A DNA stretch of 63,968 nucleotides, filler included, from Choristocarpus tenellus KU-1152 (taxonomy: Eukaryota; Protista; Phaeophyceae): the NCBI GenBank assembly GCA_964200185.2. It is 12 parts of 12 records of this genome, joined end to end, with 100 filler letters (N's around TTAATTAATTAA, not from the genome) between each part and the next. Parts side by side here need not be neighbours in the genome. Positions count along the whole stretch, not along the records: positions 1 to 4,373 come from CAXNAD020014857.1; positions 4,474 to 10,492 come from CAXNAD020009154.1; positions 10,593 to 23,326 come from CAXNAD020001724.1; 9 more parts are not named here. The stretch is one strand, 5' to 3'. This document shows positions 1-11,911 of this stretch, piece by piece; within the stretch, counting starts at the first letter, position 1; every line of letters begins with the position of its first letter. Made by a program: the position numbers and the translations under genes. The notes beneath the pieces are model-generated. The model had not been told where the DNA came from and did no database searches. It worked only from the letters and a program-made list of their open reading frames with translations.

Positions 1-1095
1 ACTCCACCGATGGTGTCTATAGTGTACCAGCAGCACTATCTACGAACATCTTCGTGACCTCTTCTAAGTAGAGGGCACGGAGATTCAGCTTACCCTTCCA
101 CTACCACACATCTTTCCCGGCATCCTGAGTACCAAAACTCTCCCTTGTTTGTTCGTCAGCACCATGTACCCTTGGCAGTACATTAAATGTATCTGCAGAC
201 ACTTCTTGGTAGAAAATGATAAGGAATTAACGTTGAGATGGAAAGAATCAGGAGGGTGCTAAATTCAACCAGCTGAGCTGTACTCTCAACTTGCAATTTA
301 GCAGACCCCAATGCCCTTGTGCTCACCTTAGAGTCCATGCCACGGTTCATTCCAAGCAACACAGCAATGACATCGGTGAACCACAGGCAAAGAAGGGTTC
401 AAATTAAGTCTACCCTGTAGTTTTGGTGGTATCAAAAAGTATCCACAGCTTCCTTCGTTACAATCGCTTTCTCCTCCATCTTGCTAGCCCTTTCGACCTT
501 CTTTCGGGCTTCATAGCCCTTGTAGCCCAACCCTAACATCTTCTTTCTCGTTTCCTTAAGCCACTCCGGCTCACATAGCTTCCAAACAGCTAGGGCCTGC
601 AGCAACTGTCGACTACTAAGATATTCTACACCCGGGTTTTCACTTAGGCGTTTCCTGGGTGTAATGACAAGCAGTTGCGCTACTCTCCTACCCAACCTTC
701 CCTTCGGTCGGTCACTCTGGTTCTCCCTTCGCCCGCCATGACCAGGCTTCCCCACAGACTTCGTCACTGTACCACCTGGTTATGGACTCGCCACTCTCTT
801 CCTGCTTTTCCGAGGCAGCAGAAACTGCAGAGCAGTGCTCCGACATGGTTGAAGATCCAACCACGTTTGTGTGGTATTGCTTTCCATGCATCTTCTCTCA
901 GTGTCAGTGTCGCGGTCGCGTGGTCCATTGCGCGATTTGATAACGCACTTTCTCGTCAACTAACATCGCACCGAATGTCACACGGTACTTGCTTTTCTGT
1001 CGCCTCTTGACAGAGAAGGTGCCGAGGGTAGATCCAGGGAGCAGGGTGGCCTCGGCGGCTTGTTCGATTAGACTCTTCTAACTCTATAGAACAGT

Positions 1096-4000
1096 TGTGG
1101 TAAACTGTATATGGAGTAAGAGATCAATCATCAGTGATTAAGTGATGAGAACTTTTTATTTGTGATTAGCTATATGAGAACATTTCTCATATAAAAGGAC
1201 ATATTTCTGATTTTATGGGGTGCTGCATGCCCCACTTAGCTTTACTCAATCGCTGTACAGAAATCAAGCAATCTCCCTGGGTTTATCACCTTTATTCTTT
1301 TGGATGATTTGGGCGATACTATAACACAAGATATTGAACCTTAGGTTTCTAACCCATCATTTCACCATGTCTTCACATGGAGATGAGATTCTAACTGTTC
1401 CTGCCGAGGGTCCGTCTGTTCAAGAATTCCGGCAGCTTATGGCAACGGTAGCGGATCTGTCAAATGACGTTGGCAATCTCATGTTGCAGTCTGATAGAGT
1501 CGGCAACGGAAACCATCCCGTTGTCCAGGCCGCTGTGCCCAGCACATGGCCTCCAGCTGGGCACATACCAGTCGAAGTGGGTCCTATGGAACCCATGTTG
1601 AGGGAAAATTTCCCAGATAGGGGAAGCAGTTCGGATACTGTGAGCGTCAGAAGTGGGGTGAGCTGGACGTCCGTTTCTTTGGTGAGTTTGGGGTCAGGCA
1701 CACATATTGTTCACCCTAAGATTAAGAGGTCAAGGACTCAGCCACCAAAATTATTGGACGATTCAGACTACCGGGACTGGCGGAGGCGTTTCATTGTGCA
1801 TTGGCGATATACCCACTGCCTGTGTGCTTTGACAAGTGAAATACCAGTTAGCCAAGAACACTCTTCTCTCGGATGGCTTCAGTGCGAATGATATCTGGAT
1901 GGCCAAAGAGGCTTTACTATGCACTTACCATTGCTCTTATCACACCCACCACCAGGGCTCTATGCTATACGCACAAAACCCCGAGCGAGCTTTTCCAAGC
2001 AGTAGATGATTGGTTCATGACTAATACAGTGGGTAATAGTCAACATTTGTCCCATGAGTTTTTCTCTTTGAAGGTGGAGAAGGGGGTGAATCCGCTCCTG
2101 ACCTTAACCCAATTGGAGGACCTACGGGGGAGGATGCTATCAATCAATGGACCTCGTCATCTCGGACAAGCTGCTGCTCCTACAGTTTCTGAGTGCTCTA
2201 GGATCAGATTACGACACCGAGATGCGCATGATGGCCTCGCAGAGGACACCATGTCGAGCAGACGTAGAGAAAACTGTTAGAGAGCGATATGCTTCCCTTC
2301 ATGAGGGGAAGGACTCAAGGTACAAGAACAGCCACGCTTTGGTTGTTAGCAGCTCATCACAGAGAAAGAATCAGTCTCATCATCGTAACGGCCAAGGTCG
2401 TGGGGTCGAACGTAAATTTCATGGCGGAAGAAAGAAAAATAGTTCTCATTCCAACCCTAAAAGTTCCGAGAAGATTCCTTGTGAGAGCTGTCGTGTAAGA
2501 ATGGACACAAGAAGGGAGCTTGCCCAAGCCGCATTTGCCAAGTGTGGTCGACATGCTCATGATACTACAACATGTACCTCAGTGTTCATGACCACGGTGG
2601 AGTCCAGAAAAGAAAAGAACGAGACCAAGGCGAAACTTTCTCACATTGCTATGGAATGTGCGACCAGCAGCGACGACAACGAGCGGTACACACTACTGGC
2701 TGCCACTGATGACTCTCCGAGCAGCAATGCTCCAGGCAAGTGAGGGGTAAACGAATGTTTGGTGTCAAGTGTTGGGGTTGGCCGTGAGAGAGAAGAGTGG
2801 ATTTTTGACAGTGCGCTTTCATGTCACATGACAAACATGGTGAAATACATTACTAACTACAAGCCTTGTGTAGCAGATCGAAGGGTAGCCACTGCCAGTC
2901 AGAATTCCTTTCGCATCGCTGGTCATGGTGATCTCTAACCATCTTGTTCCCCTCATGTTACATAAGGAAGTAGAGATAATCTTCCAGAATATCGCGCATG
3001 TCCCAGATCTTGGTCTTTTCTTGCCAAGCCGCAGCAGATATGAGTGCGAAATGCACTTGCATCGCCAGTACATTTTTTTTACTAGATGGCAAACTTATCT
3101 TCACAAAAGATCCTGGTTGTCATTATACCCTCCATGGCCGACGTATATTGCCACAAACGGGTCGAAATGCTGCAGTTGCTTTGAAGGCCACCATAGCCCC
3201 CTCACTTGCACCTCACGCTCCCCACATCAATGTCAACATTAACCTCTTTTTCCATCACTCTTATAGCCACGTACACGAGGTATTGCTCAAGTCCACCACC
3301 ACTTCAATCGGCATCACATTAGCAGGTGAGCTGGAGCCATGTGCAGGCTGCTCTATGAGCAAGGGCATACGAAAGGGCATCCGGTCCAGCACGTCTACAA
3401 GGTCGGTGAGAAAGCTGGGTTGGCTCTTTGTCGATCTAAGTGGGAAGAGGGCTACCCTTTCAATCGGCGGTAAGAGTGAAAGTATCTTAGAGGGTACGGT
3501 TTTTGCCCTGTTTGTCCATTTGGGGCTTGGCTTCCCGTGTTTTCTTTTATGACATTTTCATATTCCAAAATGTTTCGTAGTAGGTAAAATGTATACGTTA
3601 TGAAAAGGTCTGTCCGGAACAAGGATATTGGCACTTCCTAACAAACACGATAGCCAAAATTGCATCAAAATCGCAACGTTGGGTTTTGGTCCCCATATAG
3701 ACGCGACTCTACCCTCTAAGATACTTTGGCTCGTAAATAATACACCATGATAATCTGGGACGACTATTCTCGTTTTGTTTGGTTGTATTTCCTTCGTGCT
3801 AAGTCAGATGCCGTCGAAGCCTTCAAGAAGTACCTGGCCGATACCCGAGCTGACGGTACTCCCTCTCGGGTCATGTGCGTGCAGTCTGATAATGGGGGGG
3901 AATTTTATGAGGGTGCTTTTGGGGCTCTTTGCCGTGATCGCAGGATAAAACACGAGTTTACACCTGCTGACAGCCCTCAATTTAATGGGGTTGCTGAACA

Positions 4001-4333
4001 CATGCTGGGTATTATTGATGAAGCTTCATTAGCTGCCTGCCTCCAAGCTCCACTACTTTCCCCCCATGTCACTATCTCTAAGACAGACTCTCTATGGGCT
4101 GAAGCTCAACACCTGTATGTGACTCGCTCAATCACACATCGACCACGGCTAACCCTGGATACAAATCACTGTATGAAATGTGGTATGGCACCCCCGCAGC
4201 CATGTTGACCTACCAGTTTCTTCAACCTGGTTTTTGCCGTCTTAGCAAAACCCGTAAGACTTTTCAAAAGGCTCAACAGTGTTTTTACCTAGGGCCGGGG
4301 ATCAATCACCCCCGTGATGCGTACCGTGTTCTT
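1096..4333 (+). mobile_element. Decayed Ty1/copia LTR retrotransposon (5' part: putative LTR, gag, protease, integrase), cut by contig end
   Basis: Frameshifted gag ORFs 1334-2743 with a degenerate zinc knuckle (KCGRHAHDTTTC). Copia protease motif WIFDSALSCHM from 2798. HHCC pre-integrase (HHSYSHVHE...CAGCSMSKG). rve core (FVDLSG...DDYSRFVWLYFL...SDNGGEF...SPQFNGVAE). PR-INT order is copia-type. Putative LTR TGTGG...TAACA at 1096-1326 is low confidence. Confidence 0.9.
3474..3732. mobile_element. MITE family A, complete copy inserted in the copia integrase
   Basis: TIRs GAGTGAAAGTATCTTAGAGGGTA / TACCCTCTAAGATACTTTGGCTC. 4-bp duplication GTAA at 3470-3473 and 3733-3736. Confidence 0.9.
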
Positions 4334-4373
4334 GAGACGAAGTATCTTAGAGGGTAGAGCCGCGTCCATTGGG
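4334..4373. mobile_element. MITE family A, second copy in opposite orientation, truncated by contig end
   Basis: GAGACGAAGTATCTTAGAGGGTAGAGCCGCGTCC matches the reverse complement of the right end of 3474-3732. Confidence 0.8.
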
Positions 4374-4473
4374 NNNNNNNNNNNNNNNNNNNNNNNNNNN
4401 NNNNNNNNNNNNNNNNNTTAATTAATTAANNNNNNNNNNNNNNNNNNNNNNNNNNNNNNNNNNNNNNNNNNNN
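4374..4473. other. Artificial contig-joining spacer (44 N + TTAATTAATTAA + 44 N)
   Basis: The same 100-nt cassette recurs at 10493, 23327, 31662, 34421, 38708, 41966, 44743, 50943, 55503 and 61328. The 12-mer gives stops in all six frames. Confidence 0.98.
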
Positions 4474-4539
4474 TATCTATATATATTGTAGGCACACGCA
4501 TATATTTTTCCCCTCTCCTTGACCTTCATCATATTGTAG

Positions 4540-7500
4540 GTGCACTGGCGGGGGGGGCTACTCCTATGCATCTGACTTTAACAACATAGGGGTGCGGTTG
4601 GATCGAAGGGATGAAATAGCATGCCTAGTCAACGGAATCAACTTCCAGATGAAGTACATGGACAGGGAGATCTTTTCTGTCTCGGACAACCTCACCTCCA
4701 TGACACAGGTTTTGCCATGAGGATAGGAGGGGGGTTGATGGAGAGAGTGGAGTTGTATCACTCCTAAGGTTTTAAAATGCGTGTGGAAGCACGTGTATGG
4801 TGGGTGTATGAATGTTGCTCTAGGGTGTGGAGAAATACCCCGTATCATACATGTAAGCACCTGCCAAGGTGTTGGAATCCCCCTGTTTTTTTTTGTTTTT
4901 TCCTCTTTACTGAAGCCAAGTGCGCACATAAACCAACATGCATGAAAAACAGAAAAAATAGTCCTGTTTGTCATGCATCTGGAAATATATATACATGTGT
5001 GTGTGTGTGTGTATGTATGATGACAACCATATACTGTGATATTACCCAGGTACTCTCCCTTCACTCTGAACTTTCCAAAATTGGCCAGTAAGTGAGATGT
5101 GGTACTTGTTCAGCCCTTTCATGTAGCACCACCTTCTAACCCTAACCCCAACCCCACTCCCAGTCATGCCGTACAACTAGTGTGTACACAATAATTTACT
5201 TATTTTTGCTTCTGACATACTGGAAAAAATGAAAAATATAAGGCAGTCCTATAGCAGGCTCCCTTCAGCCACCTACAAGTGCTAATGCTGGTGCAGTGCA
5301 CACAGGGGAAATCCCCTGTCTTTAAGAGATGCCAATGTCCTTGAAGAGCACTTTTCACACTCTTTTTCGATAATCTAACTCCAACCCTAACCCTAACCCT
5401 AACCCTAACCAAAAATAACTTCGTGAGAGAAAAAAAGTGTTCCCCACTGATAGTGGGAGCTCCCGAAGACAGGGGATCTCCCCAGTGCACTCCACCGGTA
5501 TATGCCTCATAGCTCTCTTCATACCTCTTGTGACCATTCTGTGTTGTTGTAGACCTTCATTCTTGAACCTCGGTTCCCCAACCGCAAAGCGCTAAGTCTT
5601 GTCCACAACCCCTCCGCCTCCATCCCTCTACAGACCCTTATATGCATTACGCAAGTTTGTTTTTTGCAATTCCTCCTCCAACACACCACTGACAAGCACA
5701 AAATCACGCGTCTTTTTTATTTTATTTTCAGACTCCAGGCCCAAACATGGGGTTCCTCAAGACGTTTCAAGAGCGTTCCCATGACCCCTTCCCGTACCTC
5801 CTTGTGAATGTGGGAAGCGGAGTCAGTGTCATTAAGGTGGATGGACCAGGTAATTACAAAACCTCGATAATAATTCAGTTCTTAGTCTTTTTTGAGGCTT
5901 CAAGAAGTGGTGCACTTGTGGAATGGGAAAGTACAAAAGATTGTACTGAACCTGATCGGTTTGTACTTGTCTCAAAACAGGCAAGCCTTTGAGGGGAGGT
6001 GGGTAGTGCTCTTGAGTAGAGAAAATTGGGTCAGGAGGAGGAGGAGGAGGAGGAGGAGGAGGAGGAGGAGGAGGTTTGGATGAGAGAGGGAAGGGAGTCT
6101 ATTAGTTGCTGGCTAGGGTTAATGCTGCAGCGCTCAGGAAAAGCGTAATCCAAACCACACTGCTGTGAAAGTCAGAGATGTGGTAATGACCTTCAAAAAC
6201 TCTGTTTCTTGCTACCATATATTCTTTTTTTTTTTTTTTTTTAAAGTCTATATATTTTTTTGCAGAACGAAAACGCCTATGACACTGTTGAAAAGAAACG
6301 TGCACCCCAAAGCTTAGAACAGAACAAGCTCTAGCTATCGTATACCTGTCCCATATCCTATTAGGTCATTTTTATGGGCCTGGTCTGCTACTTCTTGGTC
6401 CACAGTTGTTATACAGTTGTTATACAGTTGCTACACCTATCCATCTGACAGATTGATTTTAAGCTTCTTCTCCTCTCCACTATTTCCACTGCTCCGACCT
6501 GCTGCCCTGCCCTGCCCCACTTCCCACCCCGACCACCCACACCTCTGGTGGTGAATATATGTGCACGTGTCCGATCCACAATTTACCATACACACCTGCT
6601 GTAATGAAACCAACTGCTGTTGGATTGGGTGGGTGGGGTTTGGTGGCGGAATTTGATTGGTCCAGGCAATCAGTTTTCCCGGATCTCTGGCTCCACCATA
6701 GGGGGTGGTACGTTGTGGGGCCTATGCTCTCTCCTCACTGAGTGTGATACTTTTGATCAGGTAGAGATGCCGATGTGAACAGGGAGTTGTAGATATTTGT
6801 GTGCCATGTATCAGGGGGGGGGGCAGGGTGGGCTCTGGGGTGCTGTGGGAGTGTTTGTGGTATGACCTTGATTGCCTATTGATGTTGTTTGTATGTTTGT
6901 GTAATGACTCATCCGGTGTTTTTATTGACAGTACGGCAGTGAATATTTCCCAGAGTTGTGCACAGGTCAAGGGACTTTTGACCGAAATGATGCCTGGGGG
7001 AGGTTGCACCCAACTGTCTTTGAAGTATTTTACTTCAAGGTAGTATGTTATTTTTTTGAAGTATTTTACTTCAAGGTAGTATGTTATTGTCTCGTTAGAG
7101 AGTGGTGAGACACTAGTTGTGGTGTGATGACCTGAGTGGAAGAGTGGTTGCAGGGCAAGTGCATCCTATTGGGTGAGAGCGACAAGTGGGTGATTACATT
7201 GGTATAAAGAAAAAATATATAGTACAGAGAACATTTTTACCACACCCCCTACCTACCCCCTTTTTGATTGATGTTGTGACTCTCATTTTTTGAAAAGTGA
7301 TCAAGTGCTACTGCTTGTAAAACAGTAGTGCATAGAAGCCCTTCCATCGACTGATGTAAAAGCCTTGTGACTCTTCTCACCCTGAGCTGTGGTCCCCGGT
7401 GGTGCCTCTTGACTGATGCAGGTTATTGAGTTGACTGGACAGGGCAGGCTGCCAAGGGTGGATAGCATGGTGGGCGACTTGTACAAGGGAGACTACCCGA

Positions 7501-10177
7501 TGGTGGGGCTGAAGGCTGACATTATCGCCTCTACTTTTGGCAAGGTAAAGGGGAAAAGAAATGTTTGTTTTCTGCAAGAGACTTAGCAGACGAAGGACAG
7601 ATTGTAAAAAAGATCCAATGACTACTGCTAAATGGTGTGTTGTGTGACTTGAAAATAAGTACTGGTACTTACAGCTTTCTACTTTGAAGCATCTTCTTGA
7701 TTTTTTGTTGTTTGGTTTGTGTAAGAAAAGGATAACTCTTGCCCTAAACATGCACCCTAATGCTACCTCTCTTCAGTAGCACTTTGAACACTTGGTGTGG
7801 ATGCTTAAGGGATCTAGCAGATTGCTCAAACTCGTGCTGAACAGGGCAATTAGGTTATTTATTTGCCCAACACTTTGACTTCGGTTTAAAGAAGAGCTTT
7901 CAACTGTTGGTGCTATGTTGGCACAGCTTTGGTAGGAGAGTATTATCTTGTGCTAGCACAGTACGTTGTCTTGTAGCACCATCGGGTCAAGTTATTCAGC
8001 CCCTGCCTGCCACCACACATTGGGGGGGGCAGGGCGCCAGATGCATAGAGGCACAGTTTTGAACATGGCTGACTGCTTTGCTTCACCAGGATTCAAGTCC
8101 TAGCCGTTTACACCATTCTTCTGGACAAATCCGCATCCCCTTGTTCATTTTCTGACCGCTAGATTCCCCTGTTGAACCTGTCCTTGTGTCTACTCATCTA
8201 GCCATCACTCCCCCCCCCTTCCCATGCATGTCTCGCATCTCATTGCCCCCCTTCCTTTTTTCTGCCTTACTTCCTTCCTTGTCCAACCTTCAGAATTGCC
8301 TCGCTCCCAACCTCCTTCGCCCCCTCTTTGGACTTGCGATGTATCTGAATGTATGTGAATGTATGTTGGTCCACATTGAAAGGTTGTGAGTCATGAACTG
8401 CGCAAGGGGAAGGTGTCAGACCTGTGTTCAGCAGTTGTTCGGGCTGCTCGAGGTGAAGAGATTTAATTGGTTCGCTTTTTATTTTCATTTTTTTTTTGGT
8501 TTTGTCTTGAGGCGTGATGCGCTCAGAATGAGGAGTAGGGGACCTGGCTCGAGAGACAGCTTTGAGATTAATCAAGCAACCCTGTGTATGTGCATGACCC
8601 TTAGCCAAGGGGATGGTGGGCTTCCCAATGAATCCCTGTAAATCTCATTTGTCCTATCTACATCAATCCCCGGACTCTCTTGAGTCGATTTGTCTTTTGC
8701 CCTGACGGAGATGCAGTGTTTACGGTACCCGTAGGAAATGTGACTGATGATAGACATTGAAAGGCAACCCTTGTTAATATGATGTCTCTCTCTCTCTTTC
8801 TGCTTTTGTTCTGTTTGATCCAGTGGTGACTGCAGCGTCAAAAAAGCCTAATGTGTTACAACTCCTTACCACTGAGAATTTTCAGGTTTTGCGCTCTTGT
8901 CTCTCTTGTTTTGTTTTTCTTCTGAGCGTAACGGGGGTAGTTAGTTGGGGTTTTTTTTGTTTTCCCGCTGCATGTGGTATCGAAGTATTCACCTGAGATG
9001 GCATTTTTGTACACGGATTGCTTCAAACCCTGTGTGAAAAGTACAGCGGGCGGGTCCTTCTTGTGTGCAGGACTGTCATCCTTCATGGTTGCGTACTTGA
9101 GGGAGAGGAAATCCGTACACAGCGTGGTGTCTGATGTATCCCTCCTTCTCAGTAGCGTGTGGACTGACCCCTTCCATGCTCTCCCTCCCCTCCACGTCCT
9201 CTGCACCTTTGACAAAATGGAAACGTAACGACATCCCAAACCAGGATCGCTCTGGCTGTGGCTTCGAGCCATTGTTAGGGTGCCCCTCCTAGATTCATTG
9301 TGCCACAGTGTGGGTGTTCGTGGCTGGGTAGACCGCCAGGCCTCCAGCAGGTGTGTACGTGCTCGAACCTAAGGGAAATGGTTGCTTGAAGAGGAGGAAA
9401 GGGGAAGATTATTTATCTTTTTTCCTCCTCTGTTACGTAGTGCGTTTCTCTCTCTGTGACAACAATTTTGTAGGACTTTTTAGGCGATCCATCATGGCCC
9501 TTTGACACCCAACCTGCCCGTAGTTGTAGCCCCTAACCCCAACTCCCCATGTTTCAAAAGCCCCTGTTCTGCCTATCTCCACCGCTTGACTATGCTCCTT
9601 CTGTGTCACTGGATTCACCCTAGTGTGCTCACGGCGTGCTCTAAGGGTTAGGGACAGTTGCTCACCTGTTAACTGTCAATTGCAATGTGTCCTCATACCC
9701 CTGCCTAGGTCTTCCGGATCATTGGCTTGGTATTATACCTCAAGTCCTGACTTGAACACACCCCCTGATCCGAACACACTCACAAGGGGCGACTACTCAC
9801 AGTCCTTCAACTAGCAACCTGTCCCGCGCATCTCCTCCTCCTGTTGCTCCTTGCTTGTTATTTTTGTTTGGTGAAAACCTGTGCTGTTGTCCCTTCCGCC
9901 TATGTTATTTTTTTTATGTTACTGTTATTTTTATTTAATGTTATTGTTATTTTTTATGTTACTGTTATTTTTATTTAATGTTATTGTTATTTTTTTTATG
10001 TTACTGTTATTTTTATTTTGCGTGCGCCCCCTTGTGTTCGTATGATTTGTCCTTTTTGATTTACAGACCTTTCTCACCGGATGTCACTGGACCGGACATT
10101 GCCTTGAGTGTGCTGCGTATGGTCAGCAATAATGTGGGTCAGATCGGTCATCTTTTTGCCGAGAAGAACGGTCTCAA
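4540..10177 (+). CDS. PANK: Type II (eukaryotic/fumble) pantothenate kinase, partial, multi-exon
   Basis: AG/GT-bounded exons: 4540-4708 (CTGGGGYSY...DEIACLVNGINF), 5732-5849 (PFPYLLVNVGSGVSVIKV), 6666-6760 (FSRISGSTIGGGTLWGLCSLLT), 7422-7544 (VDSMVGDLYKGDY...IIASTFGK), 10067-10177 (DIALSVLRMVSNNVGQIGHL). The first four join in phase. At least one exon between 7544 and 10067 is unresolved. Confidence 0.9.
5296..5490. mobile_element. Small inverted-repeat element with internal (CCCTAA)n, in a PANK intron
   Basis: Ends GTGCACACAGGGGAAATCCCCTGTCTT / AAGACAGGGGATCTCCCCAGTGCAC. About four CCCTAA units at 5383-5410. Related copy at 35100-35269. Confidence 0.7.
6031..6074 (+). repeat. (AGG)n microsatellite
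   Basis: Direct inspection. Confidence 0.9.
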
Positions 10178-10280
10178 GTGAGTAATTCACACGCCAGAAT
10201 TGCATTTCCAAGGGTGTGCTGGAACAGGGGAGGGAAGACTTTGGGCTGGCATGACCATATTGCATTAGTACTGTACAATA

Positions 10281-10492
10281 CTATACAATTTGAAAATATC
10301 TATATCAATGCTATACAATTTGAAAATATCTATATCAATGCTATACAATTTGAAAATATCTGTATCAATACTATACAATTTGAAAATATCTATATCAATG
10401 CTATACAATTTGAAAATATCTATATCAATACTATACAATTTGAAAATATCTATACCAATACTATACAATTTGAAAATATCTATATCAATGCT
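10281..10492 (+). repeat. 30-bp minisatellite, 7 complete units, running into contig end
   Basis: Unit CTATACAATTTGAAAATATCTATATCAATR at 10281, 10311, 10341, 10371, 10401, 10431 and 10461, with no spacers. Confidence 0.95.
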
Positions 10493-11030
10493 NNNNNNNN
10501 NNNNNNNNNNNNNNNNNNNNNNNNNNNNNNNNNNNNTTAATTAATTAANNNNNNNNNNNNNNNNNNNNNNNNNNNNNNNNNNNNNNNNNNNNCCCCTCCA
10601 GGTACTTAGGGTCAATGAAAATATTTTGGGGGTTGTGTGAAAGTGCGAGTAATCCTTAAATTAGACTGTGAAGAGGATCCTCTCTCCACATAGAACAAAC
10701 AGTGATCCAGCATGTAAAGTGCGCCAAATTGGAATGAATTCAACAGTTAGTTGCGGTGAAGTGGAAGCCAAGAGGATGAAAAGATTGATGAAAAGATTGT
10801 GTTTCCTCCTTCCTTTTTTTTGCACTATATATTGAACTTCACCCGAGTCTCTACTGAAGGACTCTGGGGGCAAAACGCTCGTCTGTAGAACATTATCACA
10901 GTATAGACTTGTTCATCAGTCACTGCCTGAAGTTTCACATTGTGAGACAATCTCTAGAACTAATCCCCCAACCCCACCCTGTGTGTATACCTTACTGCAT
11001 CCTTCCATTTTCCGACCTATTGTGGGGACA

Positions 11031-11911
11031 GAGGTCATCTATATTTGCACCCCTAACCAGCCCAATACAAAATACCTCAAGGGGGGCAAGGCGTGCCAGG
11101 ACCGTTTCTTCTTCTCCACAACTCCAGGGAGGATCCCAACGGCATGATATGGAGGTGGCAAACACTACAGTGGTGATGTCTTACGAGATGGGGGCTGGGG
11201 GATATGCAGACATGAGTCAATCATTCTATCCAAATCATTGTTGTTCGTATTATCAACAATATCACTGAAGGGTTACAGGGGACTCAGGAAGGAAAAGTCA
11301 TGTATCTTATTGGTTCAATGTGACCAAAGGTCTACTTCAGAGTATCTTGATTGGTGGTTAAAATAACTATTTTTCAACCTCATTCCATGCCCCCTCGGCC
11401 TTCCTCTGGCACGTCTGCCGAAATACTTAGAATGAGGCCAGACTTCCTCTTTTTCAAAATTTTGGGATTTGCTCGAGAATCTGTAGGCGGACAATCAATA
11501 TCCTCCATGCTGCACCGAGTCGATTCTGAATAGGAAAGTGCGTTTATTCACTGAACTAAGTCCACTTCCTCAATAGACAGAACCGATAAACTACATCTAG
11601 TAACAGGGAGAGTTAGGATTGGGGTTAGGGATAGGGTTGGAAGCTGCACGAAGCAATACACAGATTAAGCAGATTCTTATCCATCACACAACCATATTTC
11701 GTTATACTCATCCTCATTCCCTTTTGCGTGTCCTGCCTCCTTCCAGGCAAGAAGTCGATTGCAGGGTGAAAGGCAACTGACAAAGAAGGAGATGCTGTCT
11801 TCGTTAGCTGCTCAACCGGGCCCGGTGTCTCCTATTGCACTAAGGGGTGAAAGAGCAAAGGACCAGAATTCTTGGTCTTTGTGTGGGGGTTCGATGACCA
11901 AATATATATAG
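11031..11911 (+). CDS. Possible last two exons of an unidentified gene
   Basis: Open, splice-bounded segments about 11031-11154 (RSSIFAPLTSP...RHDME) and about 11748-11911 (ARSRLQGERQLTKKEMLSSLAA...TKYI*). No recognisable motif. Confidence 0.3.

Noticed and set aside
4418-4429. Recurrent TTAATTAATTAA as a biological repeat or recombination site
   Set aside because: Always centred in 44+44 Ns. It is an assembly linker.
5383-5410. CCCTAA tracts as true chromosome ends
   Set aside because: Short, internal and intronic.
10178-10544. 30-bp array as a CRISPR array or a decapeptide-repeat protein (NIYINAIQFE)
   Set aside because: No unique spacers and no cas genes. The ORFs arise because the unit length is a multiple of 3, and the array is intronic.
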